This document shows positions 29,201 through 40,301 of a stretch of 64,000 bases of DNA, piece after piece. Every line of letters starts with the position of its first letter. The stretch's first letter is position 1. The notes beneath the pieces were generated by a model. That model had not been told where the DNA came from and searched no databases. It saw only the letters and a list, made by a program, of their open reading frames with translations. Location of the stretch: assembly GCA_015057525.1 (NCBI GenBank), contig SVEE01000002.1, positions 4,767 through 68,766 on the forward strand. The letters are read 5' to 3'. The DNA is from Lachnospiraceae bacterium. GTDB taxonomy: Bacteria; Bacillota; Clostridia; Lachnospirales; Lachnospiraceae. The translations under genes and the position numbers were made by a program.

Positions 29201-30403
29201 ATGAGTAAATATGTGAGTTTATATATCCATATTCCTTTTTGTGCAGTAAAATGCAAATATTGTGATTTCCTGTCCTTCGATGGTGAAAGCTATGGAACTA
29301 TGCTTAGATACGTAGATTCTCTGTGTCAGGAGATAAAACTATATGCACCAATTGCTGATGATTACATTGTAAGAAGTGTGTTTATTGGTGGAGGAACACC
29401 ATCCTTATTAGATGAATCTCTTATAGTTAATATAATGGCATTTATAAGAAAGACATTTACACTAGATAAGGATGCGGAGGTTACAATTGAAGCTAACCCT
29501 GGAACCCTTAGACATCAGAAACTTAATGGTTATAAAACAGCAGGTGTTAATCGTATTAGTATTGGTCTTCAGTCTGCAGATGATGAAATGCTCAAAAAAA
29601 TGGGCAGATTACACAACTATGATCAGTTTGTTGCCAGTTACAATGCAGCTAGAAGAGCAGGTTTTAACAATATAAATATTGATATTATGTCTGGTCTGCC
29701 TGGACAGACTATACACACCTTTGTAGATACTTTATCTAAGGTAATCGACTATCAGCCAGAGCATATATCAGTATATTCTCTTTCTATTGAGCCAGGAACG
29801 CCATTTGCAAATGATCCTGAAATATTAGAATCACTTCCACCCGACATGATAGATAGAAGAATGTATGAGATTACTAAGAAACTTTTAGCTGCTCATGGAT
29901 ATGACAGATATGAGATTTCTAACTACGCTAAGTCTGGCTATGAATGTAAACATAATATGGTTTACTGGACAGGTGGAGATTATATTGGATTTGGTATCGG
30001 AGCATCTTCATATTTTCAAGGCAAACGTTTCAATAATATGACAGATATATTTAACTATATTGATATTATGGAAGATACAGCTGAAAAATTTGTTTCATAC
30101 GACAATATGGAGAAGCTTTATAACGAGACAACAAGTAAGATAAGACAAAATGTTACTCCTGTATATATTGATTCTCGTATGGAGGAGTTTATGTTCTTAG
30201 GACTTCGTATGATGTGTGGAGTAAGTCGCTCAGAATTTGAAGAGAGATTTAATAAGGATATATACGAGGTATATGGTACAGTATTAAATAACTATATAGG
30301 ACAAGGCTTCATGGCTGCTGTGGGAGATAGAATTATACTTACCGATGCGGGTATTGATGTAAGCAATGTAATTCTTGCGGACTTTATTCTGGATAAGGAG
30401 TAA
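29201..30403 (+). CDS. hemW: Radical SAM heme chaperone HemW (HemN-like)
   Basis: YIHIPFCAVKCKYCDF (CxxxCxxC), GGGTPS, EANP, YEISNY..GYECKHN; follows lepA. Confidence 0.92.
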   Translation: MSKYVSLYIHIPFCAVKCKYCDFLSFDGESYGTMLRYVDSLCQEIKLYAPIADDYIVRSVFIGGGTPSLLDESLIVNIMAFIRKTFTLDKDAEVTIEANPGTLRHQKLNGYKTAGVNRISIGLQSADDEMLKKMGRLHNYDQFVASYNAARRAGFNNINIDIMSGLPGQTIHTFVDTLSKVIDYQPEHISVYSLSIEPGTPFANDPEILESLPPDMIDRRMYEITKKLLAAHGYDRYEISNYAKSGYECKHNMVYWTGGDYIGFGIGASSYFQGKRFNNMTDIFNYIDIMEDTAEKFVSYDNMEKLYNETTSKIRQNVTPVYIDSRMEEFMFLGLRMMCGVSRSEFEERFNKDIYEVYGTVLNNYIGQGFMAAVGDRIILTDAGIDVSNVILADFILDKE

Positions 30404-30610
30404 AAATGGTTAACAGATATTTGTATTTATTGTATTTATAAAGGGGTTATATTAAATAGTACCTTATATCTTACAAAGAAACTGATAATCTTTTAATTGT
30501 ATTACTAAAAGGAAAAATGACAATTACATTAAAAAAAATTCTTTTCTTGAAGGAAGTATGAAAGAGTGTAAAGAACTGTTGGACGGTATATTAAACAGGA
30601 GATAAGGTGT

Positions 30611-31069
30611 ATGTCAAAAAAAGTAATTAAAATATTCTGTGTGACTTTGATAGCTGTATTATTGATTGGTATAGGATGTGTGGCTTATATATTAATCAAG
30701 CAATCAAAGGATGAAGACGGTGATACTAAAATTGTAGCAACAATGGTGGTAACATCTGATGCGTGGAGTGGATGGTCAGAAGACTACGAGGTGGAAACTG
30801 TTACAGAAGAATTTACTGTTAAGTCAGGTGATAAGGTAAAGGTTGATGACCTTATCAGTGATGAGGATTTTATAATTAAGGTTCTAGAGGTGACTGAAGA
30901 GAGCATTGTTATATCAACAAGAAATCCCATGTCTGTAAGCGAAGTGGATGAACACGGGATCGATTTATCTACTGATGAGACAGAGTTTGAGGTTGAAAAG
31001 GGTGAGAAAATAAAGTTAACGACACCATCAACAGATATGGGCTCAATATTCATAATCGAATATAAATAA
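30611..31069 (+). CDS. Hypothetical membrane-anchored exported protein
   Basis: RBS AGGAG/AAGGTG; N-terminal hydrophobic helix; acidic beta-rich remainder; followed by its own terminator. Confidence 0.75.
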   Translation: MSKKVIKIFCVTLIAVLLIGIGCVAYILIKQSKDEDGDTKIVATMVVTSDAWSGWSEDYEVETVTEEFTVKSGDKVKVDDLISDEDFIIKVLEVTEESIVISTRNPMSVSEVDEHGIDLSTDETEFEVEKGEKIKLTTPSTDMGSIFIIEYK

Positions 31070-31074
31070 ATTAC

Positions 31075-31109
31075 AAAAAACTTCTAAATTTACATTTAGG
31101 AGTTTTTTT
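31075..31109 (+). terminator. Rho-independent terminator
   Basis: AAAAAACTTCTAAAT / ATTTAGGAGTTTTTT stem plus T-run. Confidence 0.85.
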
Positions 31110-31149
31110 GCTTTTCACAAATTTTTCTTATATTTTCCTTTAAATCACC

Positions 31150-31178
31150 TTGACAAATACTATATGTAGTGATAGATT
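31150..31178 (+). promoter_or_regulatory. sigma-A promoter of the hrcA-dnaK operon
   Basis: TTGACA-17-TAGATT with a TGa extension, just upstream of CIRCE. Confidence 0.75.
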
Positions 31179-31190
31179 ATCAATTAGAGA

Positions 31191-31217
31191 TTAGCACTCG
31201 ATTTAAATGAGTGCTAA
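31191..31217. promoter_or_regulatory. CIRCE element (HrcA operator)
   Basis: Exact TTAGCACTC-N9-GAGTGCTAA upstream of hrcA. Confidence 0.98.
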
Positions 31218-31259
31218 TAAAACTAAAAACATTGCATATAATTATGAAAGGATGATTGA

Positions 31260-32309
31260 ATGGAGCTGGATGAGCGCAAGAAAAAAATCCTTAAAGCCAT
31301 TATAGCAAATTACCTGGAAACAGGAGAACCAGTTGGTTCAAGAACTATTTCGAAATATACTGATTTGAATCTTAGTTCTGCAACTATAAGAAACGAAATG
31401 GCAGATTTAGAGGAGCTTGGGTACATTGTTCAGCCACATACTTCAGCAGGCCGTATTCCTACAGATAAGGGCTACAGATTTTATGTAGATAATCTTATGG
31501 AAGAAAAGGAAGAGGTGGAAGAGGTTAAGAGCTCACTGCTCGAGAGAGTTGACAGAATGGAGCTTTTGCTCAAGCAGGTTGCCAAGGTGCTTGCATATAA
31601 TACCAACTATGCGACCATGGTTACTGCCCCAAACTACAACAAGACAGTTAAGTTTATTCAGCTGTCCCAGGTAGATATTGATAATTTACTTGCAGTTATA
31701 GTTGTTGAAGGTAACATTATTAAGAATCAGATGATTCGAGTTGATGTGGCACTTGATAATGAAGATGTATTGAAGTTTAACATATTACTCAATACATTCT
31801 TACAGGGAGCGAGCTTGGAGGATATTAACCTTGAAATGATTCAGGCTATGAAGAAACAGGCTGGTGAATATGAGGGAATATTAGACCAGATATTTCAGGG
31901 TATTGTTGATGCCATACATGAGGCTAAAGAACTTGAAATATATACAAGTGGTGCAACAAATATTCTCAAATATCCAGAACTTGGAGATATTAGTAAAACA
32001 AGCGAACTTCTTGAGAAATTTGAGGACAAAACAGAACTTACACACATTCTTGAAGAGACTGCTGGCAGAGAAGATAATGCAGGTATTCAGGTTTATATCG
32101 GTGATGAGGCACCTATGCAGGATATGCAGGATTGTTCACTTGTTACAGCCACATACAAGATGCCTGAGGGTGCAACCGGAACAATAGGAATCATTGGTCC
32201 AAAACGTATGGATTATAAAAAAGTTGTCAGCACACTTAAAAATTTGACAATAGAATTAGATGATATATTTAAGAAAGGCAAAGGGGTGAATCAGGATGGC
32301 GAGAACTAA
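31260..32309 (+). CDS. hrcA: Heat-inducible transcription repressor HrcA
   Basis: L.ERKKKILKAII..Y..TGEPVGSRTI, SSATIRNEMADLEE.GY..QPHTSAGRIPTDKGYR.YVD, IGPKRMDY. Confidence 0.97.
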   Translation: MELDERKKKILKAIIANYLETGEPVGSRTISKYTDLNLSSATIRNEMADLEELGYIVQPHTSAGRIPTDKGYRFYVDNLMEEKEEVEEVKSSLLERVDRMELLLKQVAKVLAYNTNYATMVTAPNYNKTVKFIQLSQVDIDNLLAVIVVEGNIIKNQMIRVDVALDNEDVLKFNILLNTFLQGASLEDINLEMIQAMKKQAGEYEGILDQIFQGIVDAIHEAKELEIYTSGATNILKYPELGDISKTSELLEKFEDKTELTHILEETAGREDNAGIQVYIGDEAPMQDMQDCSLVTATYKMPEGATGTIGIIGPKRMDYKKVVSTLKNLTIELDDIFKKGKGVNQDGEN

Positions 32310-32952
32310 AGCACAACCAAAGCAGACAAGTGTAGAAGAAACGGTGGAAGAACTTAAGGTAACAGAGGAAGCTACTGTTGAAGAAGGCACAGATGTTAAA
32401 ATAAACGAGACAGAGAATGTATCAGCAGAGGATGCAGAGGCTGTTGAGGCCGCTAAACCAAAGCCTGTTCCAAAGGGAAGCAGAAGAGGAAGTAAGGCTC
32501 TTCAGGTAGAACTTGAGAAGACAAAAGAGCTTGCCAAGGATAACGAAGAGAAATATAAGAGGCTCCTCGCAGAGTTTGAAAATGCTAGAGTCAGAAATGA
32601 AAAAGAATCTAAGAAATTATATGATATAGGAGCTAAGGATGCATTAGAAAAACTTCTTCCTGTTGTAGATAATTTCGAAAGAGCTCTTGCAAGTATCCCT
32701 GAGGAAGATAAGGATAGAGGATTTGAGCAGGGAATAGATATGATATACAAACAGCTCATGTCATCTCTTGAGGGCATAGGGGTAGTTCCTATGAATGCAG
32801 AAGGAAAGAACTTTGACCCTGATCTTCATAATGCAGTTATTCATATTGAAGATGAAAGCTTTGATGAGAATATTGTTGTTGAAGAAATGCAAAAGGGTTA
32901 TATGTATAAAGACCAAGTGTTAAGACACAGTATGGTTAAGGTTGCAAACTAA
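32296..32952 (+). CDS. grpE: Nucleotide exchange factor GrpE
   Basis: RLLAEFEN.R.R, LLPVVDNFERAL, FDPDLHNAV, QKGY....VLRHSMVKVAN. Confidence 0.95.
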   Translation: MARTKAQPKQTSVEETVEELKVTEEATVEEGTDVKINETENVSAEDAEAVEAAKPKPVPKGSRRGSKALQVELEKTKELAKDNEEKYKRLLAEFENARVRNEKESKKLYDIGAKDALEKLLPVVDNFERALASIPEEDKDRGFEQGIDMIYKQLMSSLEGIGVVPMNAEGKNFDPDLHNAVIHIEDESFDENIVVEEMQKGYMYKDQVLRHSMVKVAN

Positions 32953-32997
32953 CCATGAAACCTTAACGAAAATGAATAAGTAAATATAAAGATATAA

Positions 32998-34863
<1,866 letters not shown>

Positions 34864-34903
34864 TTGATACAAGAGGATAACAAATATAAAAGGGTGATTG
34901 CAG

Positions 34904-36070
34904 ATGGCTGATAAGAGAGATTATTATGAGGTGCTTGGCGTTACCAAGGGTGCAACAGATGCTGAAATAAAGAAAGCATATCGTGTTGTTGCAAAGAAGT
35001 ATCATCCAGATACTAATCCAGGAAACGCAGAAGCAGAAGAAAAATTTAAAGAAGCAGCCGAAGCTTATGCAGTACTTTCAGATCCTGAGAAAAAGGCTAA
35101 GTATGACCAGTATGGTCATGCTGCCTTTGAGCAGGGTGGCGGTCCTGGCGGCTTTGGTGGATTCGACTTTAGTGATATGGGAGATATCTTTGGAGATATC
35201 TTCGGAGATATGTTTGGTGGTGGCTCAAGACAGCGTCAGTCTAATGGACCTGTTAAGGGTGCCAATATTAAAACTACAGTGCGTGTAACCTTTGAGGAGG
35301 CTGTATTTGGTACTCAGACTGAGTTAGAGCTTCCGCTTAAGGATGAATGTGATGTATGTAAAGGAAGCGGCGCTCAGCCAGGACATTCTCCAGAAACATG
35401 TTCTAAGTGTGCAGGTAAAGGTCAGGTTGTATATACTCAGCAGTCTTTATTTGGTATGGCTAGAACAGTTCAGTCATGTCCTGATTGTGGTGGCTCAGGA
35501 AAGCTTATTAAGTTTAAGTGTAGTAACTGTGCAGGTTCAGGATTTGTTAAGAGTAAGAAAAAGATTCAGGTTGCTGTTCCAGCTGGTATAGATAACGGAC
35601 AGAGTATACGTATTCGTGAGAAGGGTGAGCCAGGTATTAACGGTGGTGGAAGAGGAGATCTTCTTGTTACTGTACTTGTGGATAGACATCCTACATTCCA
35701 AAGACAGGAATATGATTTATATTCTTCAGAGCCAATAAGCTTTACACAGGCAGCTCTTGGTGGAAAGATTACAATTACAACAATTGATGGAAGCTATGAT
35801 TTAGAGATTAAGCCTGGTACACAGACTGATACAAAGGTTAAGCTCAAAGGTAAGGGTGTTCCAACTCTTAGAAATAAGAATGTTCGTGGTGACCACTATG
35901 TAACTCTTATTGTTCAGGTACCTGATAAGCTTACAGAGGAACAGAAGTCAATTCTTAACCAGTATGCAAATACTACTACTGTAAATGCAAGATCATCTAC
36001 TGATGCAGCATCCTCAGGAAGCTCATTGTTTGGTGATCACAAAAAGAAAAAAGGTTTTAAGAAATTATAA
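34904..36070 (+). CDS. dnaJ: Chaperone DnaJ
   Basis: J-domain with HPD, G/F-rich region and four CxxCxGxG repeats. Confidence 0.98.
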   Translation: MADKRDYYEVLGVTKGATDAEIKKAYRVVAKKYHPDTNPGNAEAEEKFKEAAEAYAVLSDPEKKAKYDQYGHAAFEQGGGPGGFGGFDFSDMGDIFGDIFGDMFGGGSRQRQSNGPVKGANIKTTVRVTFEEAVFGTQTELELPLKDECDVCKGSGAQPGHSPETCSKCAGKGQVVYTQQSLFGMARTVQSCPDCGGSGKLIKFKCSNCAGSGFVKSKKKIQVAVPAGIDNGQSIRIREKGEPGINGGGRGDLLVTVLVDRHPTFQRQEYDLYSSEPISFTQAALGGKITITTIDGSYDLEIKPGTQTDTKVKLKGKGVPTLRNKNVRGDHYVTLIVQVPDKLTEEQKSILNQYANTTTVNARSSTDAASSGSSLFGDHKKKKGFKKL

Positions 36071-36082
36071 GGAAAAATAAAT

Positions 36083-37048
36083 ATGGTGTGGACAAAATTA
36101 ACAATCGACACAACAGTTGAGGCTGTTGATATTCTCAGTGCCTTTCTTGATGATTTAGGTGTTGAGGGAATTATGATTGAGGATAATGTTCCACTTACAG
36201 ATGAAGAAAAACAGGCTATGTTTGTAGATATTCCTCTTATTGAAGGAGAGGATGATGGAACTGCAAAGGTTTCATGCTTTATAGATGATAGCTTTGATCT
36301 TGACACTTTAAAGGCGGATATAGTTGCAGAACTTACCCGCCTTGAAGAGTTTATACCTGTAGGTACAAAGGACATTTCCTTAAGCAATACAGAGGATAAG
36401 GATTGGATTAATAACTGGAAACAGTTTTTTAAACCATTCAGATTATATGACAATATAGTGATAAAGCCTACATGGGAGGAGCTTGATGATACAAAAGAGG
36501 GTGATATGATAGTTGAGATTGACCCTGGTATCGCTTTTGGAACAGGTTCCCATGAAACAACAAAGCTTTGTATCGGTCAGCTTAAAAAATATCTTAAGCA
36601 AGGTGATACAGTGTTTGATGTAGGTTCAGGAAGTGGCATTTTATCTATAATAAGCGTTATGCTTGGCGCAGGATTTGTACACGGTATGGATATAGATGAG
36701 GTTGCTGTACGTGCCAGTCTTGAAAATAGAGAAGTAAATAACATGACAGAAGAGCAGCTTGTTCTTACATGTGGAAATCTTCTTGGGGATGATGATGAGG
36801 CAGCAAAGATGGCACTTGATGTAAATAAAGGTGAGAAATATGATATTGTTGTAGCTAATATTTTAGCAGATGTCATAATTCCTCTTTCAGGAGTAATCAG
36901 ACCATTTCTTAAAGAAGATGGATATTTTATTACTTCAGGAATTATAAATATGAAAGAGGAGGCTGTTAAGGAAGCACTTCTTTCAAATGGATTTGAAATA
37001 GTAGATGTTGTTCATATGAACGACTGGGTTTCTATTATTGCCAAATAA
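36083..37048 (+). CDS. prmA: 50S ribosomal protein L11 methyltransferase
   Basis: W..NWKQFFKPF, IDPGIAFGTGSHETT, DVGSGSGILS, VANILAD, SGII. Confidence 0.95.
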   Translation: MVWTKLTIDTTVEAVDILSAFLDDLGVEGIMIEDNVPLTDEEKQAMFVDIPLIEGEDDGTAKVSCFIDDSFDLDTLKADIVAELTRLEEFIPVGTKDISLSNTEDKDWINNWKQFFKPFRLYDNIVIKPTWEELDDTKEGDMIVEIDPGIAFGTGSHETTKLCIGQLKKYLKQGDTVFDVGSGSGILSIISVMLGAGFVHGMDIDEVAVRASLENREVNNMTEEQLVLTCGNLLGDDDEAAKMALDVNKGEKYDIVVANILADVIIPLSGVIRPFLKEDGYFITSGIINMKEEAVKEALLSNGFEIVDVVHMNDWVSIIAK

Positions 37049-37079
37049 AAAAATAGCACTCTGTGAGTGCTATTTTTTT
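37047..37079. terminator. Terminator-like hairpin after prmA whose stem matches the CIRCE arms
   Basis: A7-TAGCACTC-TGT-GAGTGCTA-T7. Confidence 0.75.
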
Positions 37080-37155
37080 ACTTGTCGTTGTTTTTTGCCT
37101 GCATATCGTGATATACTATAGGACGGATAAAATCTTAAATATGATGGAGATAAAT

Positions 37156-37893
37156 ATGCATCGTTTTTTTGTAGATAATTTAAGTGGAGCAAGTGACAAC
37201 ATAATAATAACCGGAAGTGATGTTAATCATATTAAGAATGTACTCCGCCTAAGGGTTGGTGAAAAGATTATGGTTAGCGATGGTTCAGGGACAGATTATG
37301 AATGTAGTATCAGTGATATAGGTAGTGATGTGGTAACTGCTGATATTGAAGATGTATTTAAGAATGCTGCTGAACTTCCAATTAAGATTACATTATTCCA
37401 AGGTATGCCTAAGTCAGATAAGCTGGAGCTTATTATACAGAAGGCTGTTGAACTTGGGGTGTATGAGATTGTTCCAGTTATCACAAAAAGAACAGTAGTA
37501 AAAATAGATGACAAAAAGGTTGATAAAAAGCTTGATAGATATAATGGAATTGCAGAGTCTGCTGGTAAACAGTCAGGACGAGGTATAGTTCCTGTGGTTA
37601 AGCCCTTTATGAGCTTTAAACAAGCTTTGGAGTATGCTAAAACACTTGATATGAACCTTATTCCTTATGAGGAAGCAAGAGGTATGGAATATTCCAGAGA
37701 GGTAATAAAGGATATTCATGGCAAAAAAAGTCTTGGAATATTTATTGGACCGGAAGGCGGGTTTGCTAAAGAAGAAGTAGATATGGCTCTTGATATGGGA
37801 GCAAAGTGCATAACACTTGGCAATCGTATACTTAGAACGGAAACAGCAGGACTTGCCATTTTATCTATAATTATGTTTGAGGTAGATGAGTAA
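37156..37893 (+). CDS. rsmE: 16S rRNA m3U1498 methyltransferase
   Basis: MHRFF, HIKNVLRL, KSDKLELIIQKAVELGV, IFIGPEGGF, LGNRILRTETA; ATG 37156 follows GGAG. Confidence 0.95.
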   Translation: MHRFFVDNLSGASDNIIITGSDVNHIKNVLRLRVGEKIMVSDGSGTDYECSISDIGSDVVTADIEDVFKNAAELPIKITLFQGMPKSDKLELIIQKAVELGVYEIVPVITKRTVVKIDDKKVDKKLDRYNGIAESAGKQSGRGIVPVVKPFMSFKQALEYAKTLDMNLIPYEEARGMEYSREVIKDIHGKKSLGIFIGPEGGFAKEEVDMALDMGAKCITLGNRILRTETAGLAILSIIMFEVDE

Positions 37894-39035
37894 TGGAAGT
37901 ATATTTTGATAATGCTGCTACAACAGCAGTATTTCCAGAAGTTAAAAATTTAATGATAAAGCTTATGGAGGAGGATTATGGAAATCCCTCATCCCTCCAT
38001 ATGAAAGGTGTTGAAGCAGAGAGATATATAAAAACTGCAACATCGCAGATAGCTAAAGAACTCAAGTGTCAGGAGAAGGAAATTGTATTTACTTCAGGAG
38101 GAACAGAAGCTAACAATCTTGCAATAATAGGTGGTGCCATGGCTCACAGGAGAGCAGGAAAACACATTATAACATCTGAGATAGAGCATGCCTCAGTTTC
38201 AGCCACAATGGATTTTCTTGTCAAAGAGGGTTATGAAGTAAGTATTGTAGGTGTTGATTCAGAGGGAAAGCTTAAGCTTGATGAGTTAAAAGCTACACTC
38301 AGACCAGATACAATTTTAGTGTCTGTAATGTATGTAAATAATGAAATTGGTGCAATAGAACCTATAGAAGAAATAGGTAAGATAATAAAAGAATATAATC
38401 AGTCTATACTGTTTCATGTAGATGCAGTGCAAGCCTTTGGCAAGCTTAGGTTTACACCTAAGAAGCTTATGGCTGATTTAGTAAGTATTAGCGGACATAA
38501 AATACATGGCCCAAAGGGTTCGGGAGTATTATATATAAAGGATAAAACACTAATAAGACCTATTTTGTATGGTGGCGGCCAGCAAAAAGCCATGCGTTCT
38601 GGTACAGAAAATGTACCTGCAATCGCAGGTATGGGACTTGCTGCAGAGCTTATGTATAAAAATCATGAAGCTAAGATGGAACATATTTCTAATATAAAGA
38701 ATTCCTTTATTGATAAGGTTACCAAACTTGAAAATGTATTTAATAATTCTGGTGAAGCTCCTCATATTGCAAGTATTACATTTGTGGGCATACGAAGTGA
38801 GGTTATGCTACATGCTTTGGAGGACAAGGGCATATATGTGTCGTCGGGTTCAGCCTGTTCCTCAAATAAGCCTCATATAAGCAATGTTTTAAAGGCTATA
38901 GGTCTTGATTCCACTAAGCTTGAATCTACACTTAGATTTAGCTTCTCAGAGTTTAATACCATGGAGCAAGTTGATTATGCAGTACAGATGATAGAAGAGA
39001 TTCTACCTGTGTTTAGAAGATATATCAGAAAATAA
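37893..39035 (+). CDS. iscS: Cysteine desulfurase (IscS/NifS class, NifZ-like partner of ThiI)
   Basis: YFDNAATT, GNPSSLH, FTSGGTEANN, HVDAVQ, SGHKIHGPKG, catalytic SSGSACSS. Confidence 0.93.
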   Translation: MEVYFDNAATTAVFPEVKNLMIKLMEEDYGNPSSLHMKGVEAERYIKTATSQIAKELKCQEKEIVFTSGGTEANNLAIIGGAMAHRRAGKHIITSEIEHASVSATMDFLVKEGYEVSIVGVDSEGKLKLDELKATLRPDTILVSVMYVNNEIGAIEPIEEIGKIIKEYNQSILFHVDAVQAFGKLRFTPKKLMADLVSISGHKIHGPKGSGVLYIKDKTLIRPILYGGGQQKAMRSGTENVPAIAGMGLAAELMYKNHEAKMEHISNIKNSFIDKVTKLENVFNNSGEAPHIASITFVGIRSEVMLHALEDKGIYVSSGSACSSNKPHISNVLKAIGLDSTKLESTLRFSFSEFNTMEQVDYAVQMIEEILPVFRRYIRK

Positions 39036-39054
39036 TTTTTGAATGGAGAATATT

Positions 39055-40236
39055 ATGGATTACAAAATGTTTTTGATAAAGTATGCAGAAATAGGTACAA
39101 AAGGCAAAAACAGATATGTGTTTGAGGATGCTATGTGTAAGAGAATGCGTTCTCGCCTTAAGTCTCTTGGAGAATTCGATGTGAGAAGAGAGTATGGACG
39201 TATTTTTGTTGAGACCTTTTCTGAATACGATTACGACGATGTTATGGAAGTTTTGGGAAGTGTCTTTGGTATAGTTGGCATATGTCCTGTTGTAGTTGTT
39301 GAAGATACATCTTTTAATAATATTTCAGAGGCTGTAGTAGATTATATTGACAAAGAGTACTCAGATAAAAATTTTACATTTAAGGTTCATGCCAGAAGAA
39401 ATGATAAAAATTATCCAAAATCATCTATGGAGATTAACAGTGATTTGGGTGCTGCTCTTTTGGATAAGTTTTCAGGGCTCAGTGTAGATGTGCATAATCC
39501 TGATGTTATGGTTAATGTTGAGGTTAGAAATGTAGCATATATTTATTCTAAGACAATACCAGGACCAGGCGGTCTTCCTGTAGGTACTAACGGTAAAGGA
39601 ATGGTTCTTTTGTCAGGAGGAATAGATAGTCCGGTTGCTGCTTATATGATAGCGAAGCGAGGAGTTGAGCTTGAGGCTGTATATTTTCATGCACCTCCTT
39701 ATACAAGTGAGAGAGCTAAGCAGAAGGTTGTTGATTTAGGTAAGCTGGTATCAAAATATGCTGGAGTCATGAAACTTCATATAATTAATTTTACAGATGT
39801 TCAGCTTGCTATATATGACAATTGTCCACATGATGAGCTCACAATCATCATGAAACGTATTATGTACAAGATGGCACAGGAAATTGCCTTGAAGGAAGAT
39901 TGTCAATGTATTATAACAGGCGAGAGTATTGGTCAGGTATCTAGCCAGACAACCCAGAGTCTTATGGTTATTGATCAGGCGGCAGATAAACTTCCTGTCT
40001 TTAGACCTTGTATTGGTATGGACAAGCAGGAGATTATTGATATTTCTGAGAAAATTGGGACATATGAGACTTCTATATTGCCATACGAGGATTGTTGCAC
40101 AACCTTTGTTGCCAAGCATCCTGTTACAAGACCTAAGCTTGATGTTATTGAAAAGTCAGAGGAGGCCTTGGTTGGAAAAATAGAAGAGTTATATCAGAAA
40201 GCTATGGAAACTGTAGAGGTTGTATATTGTAGATAA
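39055..40236 (+). CDS. thiI: tRNA 4-thiouridine(8) synthase ThiI (no rhodanese domain)
   Basis: KYAEI.TKGKNR, THUMP domain, GGLPVG..GK..VLLSGGIDSPVA (PP-loop), GES.GQVSSQT, EDCC. Confidence 0.95.
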   Translation: MDYKMFLIKYAEIGTKGKNRYVFEDAMCKRMRSRLKSLGEFDVRREYGRIFVETFSEYDYDDVMEVLGSVFGIVGICPVVVVEDTSFNNISEAVVDYIDKEYSDKNFTFKVHARRNDKNYPKSSMEINSDLGAALLDKFSGLSVDVHNPDVMVNVEVRNVAYIYSKTIPGPGGLPVGTNGKGMVLLSGGIDSPVAAYMIAKRGVELEAVYFHAPPYTSERAKQKVVDLGKLVSKYAGVMKLHIINFTDVQLAIYDNCPHDELTIIMKRIMYKMAQEIALKEDCQCIITGESIGQVSSQTTQSLMVIDQAADKLPVFRPCIGMDKQEIIDISEKIGTYETSILPYEDCCTTFVAKHPVTRPKLDVIEKSEEALVGKIEELYQKAMETVEVVYCR

Positions 40237-40248
40237 TAAGTTTATGTA

Positions 40249-40301
40249 AAAAGAAGTGGAAAGAATAAGGTTTAAACAACCTTATTCTTTCCACTTCTTT
40301 T
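40249..40301. terminator. Perfect 24-bp inverted repeat between the convergent thiI and DGC genes
   Basis: AAAAGAAGTGGAAAGAATAAGGTT-taaac-AACCTTATTCTTTCCACTTCTTTT. Confidence 0.8.

Noticed and set aside
30519-30563. 14-codon ORF MTITLKKILFLKEV upstream of the orphan gene (possible leader peptide)
   Set aside because: No attenuator structure or informative codon run; weak RBS; likely chance.
32296-32330. GrpE N-terminus MARTKAQPKQT resembles the histone H3 tail (ARTKQT)
   Set aside because: Five-residue match in a poorly conserved, disordered GrpE N-terminus; most likely coincidence.
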